A stretch of DNA of 39,166 bases. Source: Octopus bimaculoides. Lineage: Eukaryota. Made by a program: the position numbers and the translations under genes. The stretch is from assembly GCF_001194135.2 (NCBI RefSeq), contig NC_068984.1, forward strand, positions 43,357,865 to 43,397,030. Reading direction: 5' to 3'. Below the pieces are notes generated by a model. It was not told the DNA's origin and made no database searches. It saw only the letters and a program-made list of their open reading frames with translations. Positions 35,857 to 39,166 of this stretch are shown here, one piece after another (positions within the stretch are counted from its first letter, which is position 1; each line of letters begins with the position of its first letter).

Positions 35857-36362
35857 ATAATATCATCATAACGCCACATATTTGTTGAGATGATTGAAGT
35901 GATTCAGTACATTAGGAACCCACAAGAATGCCTCTACGTGGTCATTCGACCTGCTAGAAATAGTAGCCAAATGTATCTTAGTCACGCCCTATTAATTTAG
36001 AAACGAAAGACACGTTGAGTAATGTGATCTAAAGTGCACTACAGAGGAGAAAAAGACTATCTGGTCACGTCTCAAATATCTGGTTTTATGTCTGCTCCAC
36101 CAAAGCTCACATGGCGCTAAAAGCAACAAAGTGTCGTTTGTGCTTTCAGGAGAAGCAAGAACACAAATCTTCATGAAATTCGTACCCTATCTTCTTAGAA
36201 AAGAAACACGTATAGCATAACGCAGTCATAGATGCTTGAAGAAAGGAAAAGATGGCCACTGTTTGAATGATTTTGATTATAAGTCTGTTCCACTAAAGTT
36301 TTTTCTTCTGGTTAAACAACAACGATGACGGTGACAAAGTAATATCAGCAACAACAACGACG

Positions 36363-36398
<36 letters not shown>

Positions 36399-36503
36399 TA
36401 TTAACTGGTACTCAGTCTACCTAAAATTGACCTTTGAACGTAAAAGAATACAAAATATTTATTCTGTCCCGTCATCTGTTCGTCCTTCTAACTGCATCAA
36501 TAT

Positions 36504-36596
<93 letters not shown>

Positions 36597-36637
36597 GCAT
36601 ACACACGCACACGCACACACACACGCACACACGCACA
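36504..36637. repeat. (CA)n microsatellite
   Basis: Direct reading. Confidence 0.95.
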
Positions 36638-37615
36638 TAGGCGCGCGATGCAAGCTCACGATACACAAACGTTTACAAACTGACGCAAAGGCGATTAAAG
36701 GGAAGTAATTACGCTATTAGGAACAGCTCTTATCTTTGGCTTAATGAAGGACGTTCGATTTAAAAAGAATTTGTGTATCATCCGTTAGAATTAACGAAAT
36801 TGTAATACATAATATTGGATTTCTATAGAAGAAATGATTATGTTAGAACAGTTTTATGATGTTTCGGTAGTTTTATAGTCTAACATGTACAAGTAACTAT
36901 AATAAACATCCGTATACGAAGGTTTTAAATTAATTGTATTTTCTTAAAAGGGTCTGTAGTCTATCTTCCAACTCTATGGAAAAAGAACATCATTATCAGC
37001 AGAGATATTAAAAATAAAACATTAAATATACCGACAATTAAAATGTTATGCAGAAATTAAAATAACGAAAAATTTATAATTCAAGGGAAATAACTCTTAA
37101 TCTAAGGGAAGTAATTCCTTATCGCATAAAGGGAGATAATGAAATTATGCGCTCAGAATATTCTAAAGGGAAACTACTTTTCCCAAATCAAGCAGTTTCG
37201 TTACTTCGCAAGGGATAAATAGATGTTTTCATTAGATGCATCTATTTTCCCTATCTAGAAAAAATTTTGTACAAACAGATGAGATTTTCATTTACTAATT
37301 TGATATAAATCATTGGTTTTCTTTGAATGACTATAATCGAAATACTGTGAGATTAAGCTTCAAATCTTTCTAAAGCAATTGGATGATAGTGATGTGTACC
37401 TATGTTTATCTCAGACTTCCTTACAAGAAAGTGGTTCATCAAAGGAATGCACCTCTTACTATAAAAATATTTGCCCCACCCCTCTCCTCTCCGAAGCTCT
37501 TAATTCATTAAAAACTGGAATTGTAAAACACTAAGCTGCCTAAGACGTATATACTGATATAGATATGGGATTGTCTCAATTAATATTTTTAATTACTGTC
37601 ACAATATTCAAACTT

Positions 37616-38030
37616 ACAACTCTTTTACTCTTTTACTCTTTTACTTGTTTCAGTCATCTGACTGCGGCCATGCTGGAGCACCGCCTTGTAGTCGAGCAAA
37701 TCGACTCTAGGACTTATACTTTGTAAGCCTAGTACTTATTCTATCGATCTCTTTTTGCCGAACTGCTAAGTTACGGGGACGTAAACACACCAGCATCGGT
37801 TGTCAAGCGATGGTGGGGGGACAAACACAGACACACAAACACACATACATATATATATATATACACATATATACGACGGGCTTCTTTTCAGTTTCCTTCT
37901 ACCAAATTCACTCACAAGGCTTTGGTCGGCCCGAGGCTATAGTAGAAGACACTTGCCCAAGTTGCCATGCAGTGGGTCTGAACCCGGAACCATGTGGTTG
38001 GCAAGTAAGCTACTTACCACACAGCCACTC
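37616..38030 (-). mobile_element. Complete family-A SINE (tRNA head, TA/TG microsatellite, 3' tail, (TAAAAGAG)n)
   Basis: All modules colinear; the best reference copy in the window. Confidence 0.92.
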
Positions 38031-38104
38031 CTGTTACAGTTTTTGAAATACAAAATACATAATTATTTATTTAGTCAACTGAATGCTCTTTCTGTTAAAG
38101 GTGG

Positions 38105-39010
38105 TTAACTGGCAGAGTGAGTGAAACTTGTGGGAAAGGGAGATCCAGGAAGATATGAGACAAAGTAGTGAAGGTTGACCTCAAGATTCTAAGTATTATG
38201 GAGTGGATGACAAAGAACTAAGATGGTTATTGATTCACTGTGCTCAAGAAGATCAATCTATCACAGCAAATTGGTGTCCTAAAAGCATAAGGTTTATGCT
38301 TGAACATGCTGGACCCTGTCCCCACACTTGTTCTGCCCCCATGTTTCATCCATCAAACATGTCCCTAACACCTATCCCTGCCATATCTCCTCTATCTATG
38401 GCAGTACTCTCTTGAGAGCAGAATTGGCACATATTACACCCCCCATTCTTTGTACTACCAATTCTCTTTCCCCACCACTGCTCAAACCTCTTCAATCCAT
38501 CATTCTCACTATCTTCCTTTCCCACACTATTTTCAGCAATCACCTCCATTCTGTACCTTCAGTTATTTGTCTCTCTCGTCTGTGATACTTCATCTTAACA
38601 CCTCTTGTATCTGCTATCATTCTTAATACTTCTTAGATCTGTTATCATTCCTAAAACCCTCGTATATATCGGCCATCAAGCCCCAGTCACTATAGCTATC
38701 CTTATGTATTTCCACATCTCCCTCCGTACTTCTCCTATACCCTGCACATCCCATTACTTTCTGATCTTCCTTCCTTCCTGAACTACTTCAAGAAGATAGA
38801 GAGATAAAACTACTTCTATCTCTCTCATCTTACCCCATCTCCATACTGGCATTTCCCATCAACTGCACATCCATCCTTATCATCACTCACTACGCTCACC
38901 TCTCCCTTCATCTCAAACCACACTCTAATGAAACCATCCATCCCTGCAATCCACTGTCTGATCCTTCCTTATACTCACTTTGTTTTATCTTGAGAGTTCT
39001 CTCTGGTATC
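38105..39010. mobile_element. Old strand-asymmetric (CT-rich) repeat relic, probably LINE-derived
   Basis: Compositional break only; no clear motif recovered. Confidence 0.3.
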
Positions 39011-39057
39011 TAGTCTGTTCCCCAAAAATTTCAGGTTTTGTGCCTTTAGTAGAAAGG

Positions 39058-39098
<41 letters not shown>

Positions 39099-39145
39099 CA
39101 TTGTCATTATCATTATTATTGTTGTTATTATTATTATTATTATTC
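39058..39145. repeat. (ATT)n microsatellite following a family-B type-1 tail fragment
   Basis: Direct reading. Confidence 0.9.
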
Positions 39146-39166
39146 AGTAGTTTTATTTTTATAACG

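Noticed and set aside
1-39166. CRISPR array, prokaryotic operon or viral genes
   Set aside because: No regularly spaced repeat-spacer array and no dense coding architecture; all coding remnants are eukaryotic TE-derived

Overview
AT-rich, microsatellite-dense metazoan genomic DNA with several assembly gaps. The SINE families resemble those I recall from octopus (cephalopod origin is an inference, not a database result). I found no intact host protein-coding gene. The window is mostly transposable-element debris: several tRNA-derived SINE families, fragments of RTE, CR1, R4/Dong-like and I/Jockey-like LINEs, a TSD-bounded L1/Tx1-like LINE, a full-length decayed mariner, a Gypsy 3' end with LTR, Helitron pieces and MITEs. 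Two systems stand out. (1) A tRNA-headed, (AAT)n-containing non-autonomous retroelement carries a minimal type I hammerhead ribozyme in its 3' part (3 copies); two copies form a head-to-head palindromic dimer inserted as one unit with a 12-bp TSD. (2) An L1/Tx1-like LINE shares its 3' tail with a SINE subfamily, and all three insertions of that tail sit in sense orientation inside tRNA-derived SINE heads. A TATA/GC-box promoter candidate lies at about 26.2-26.45 kb.
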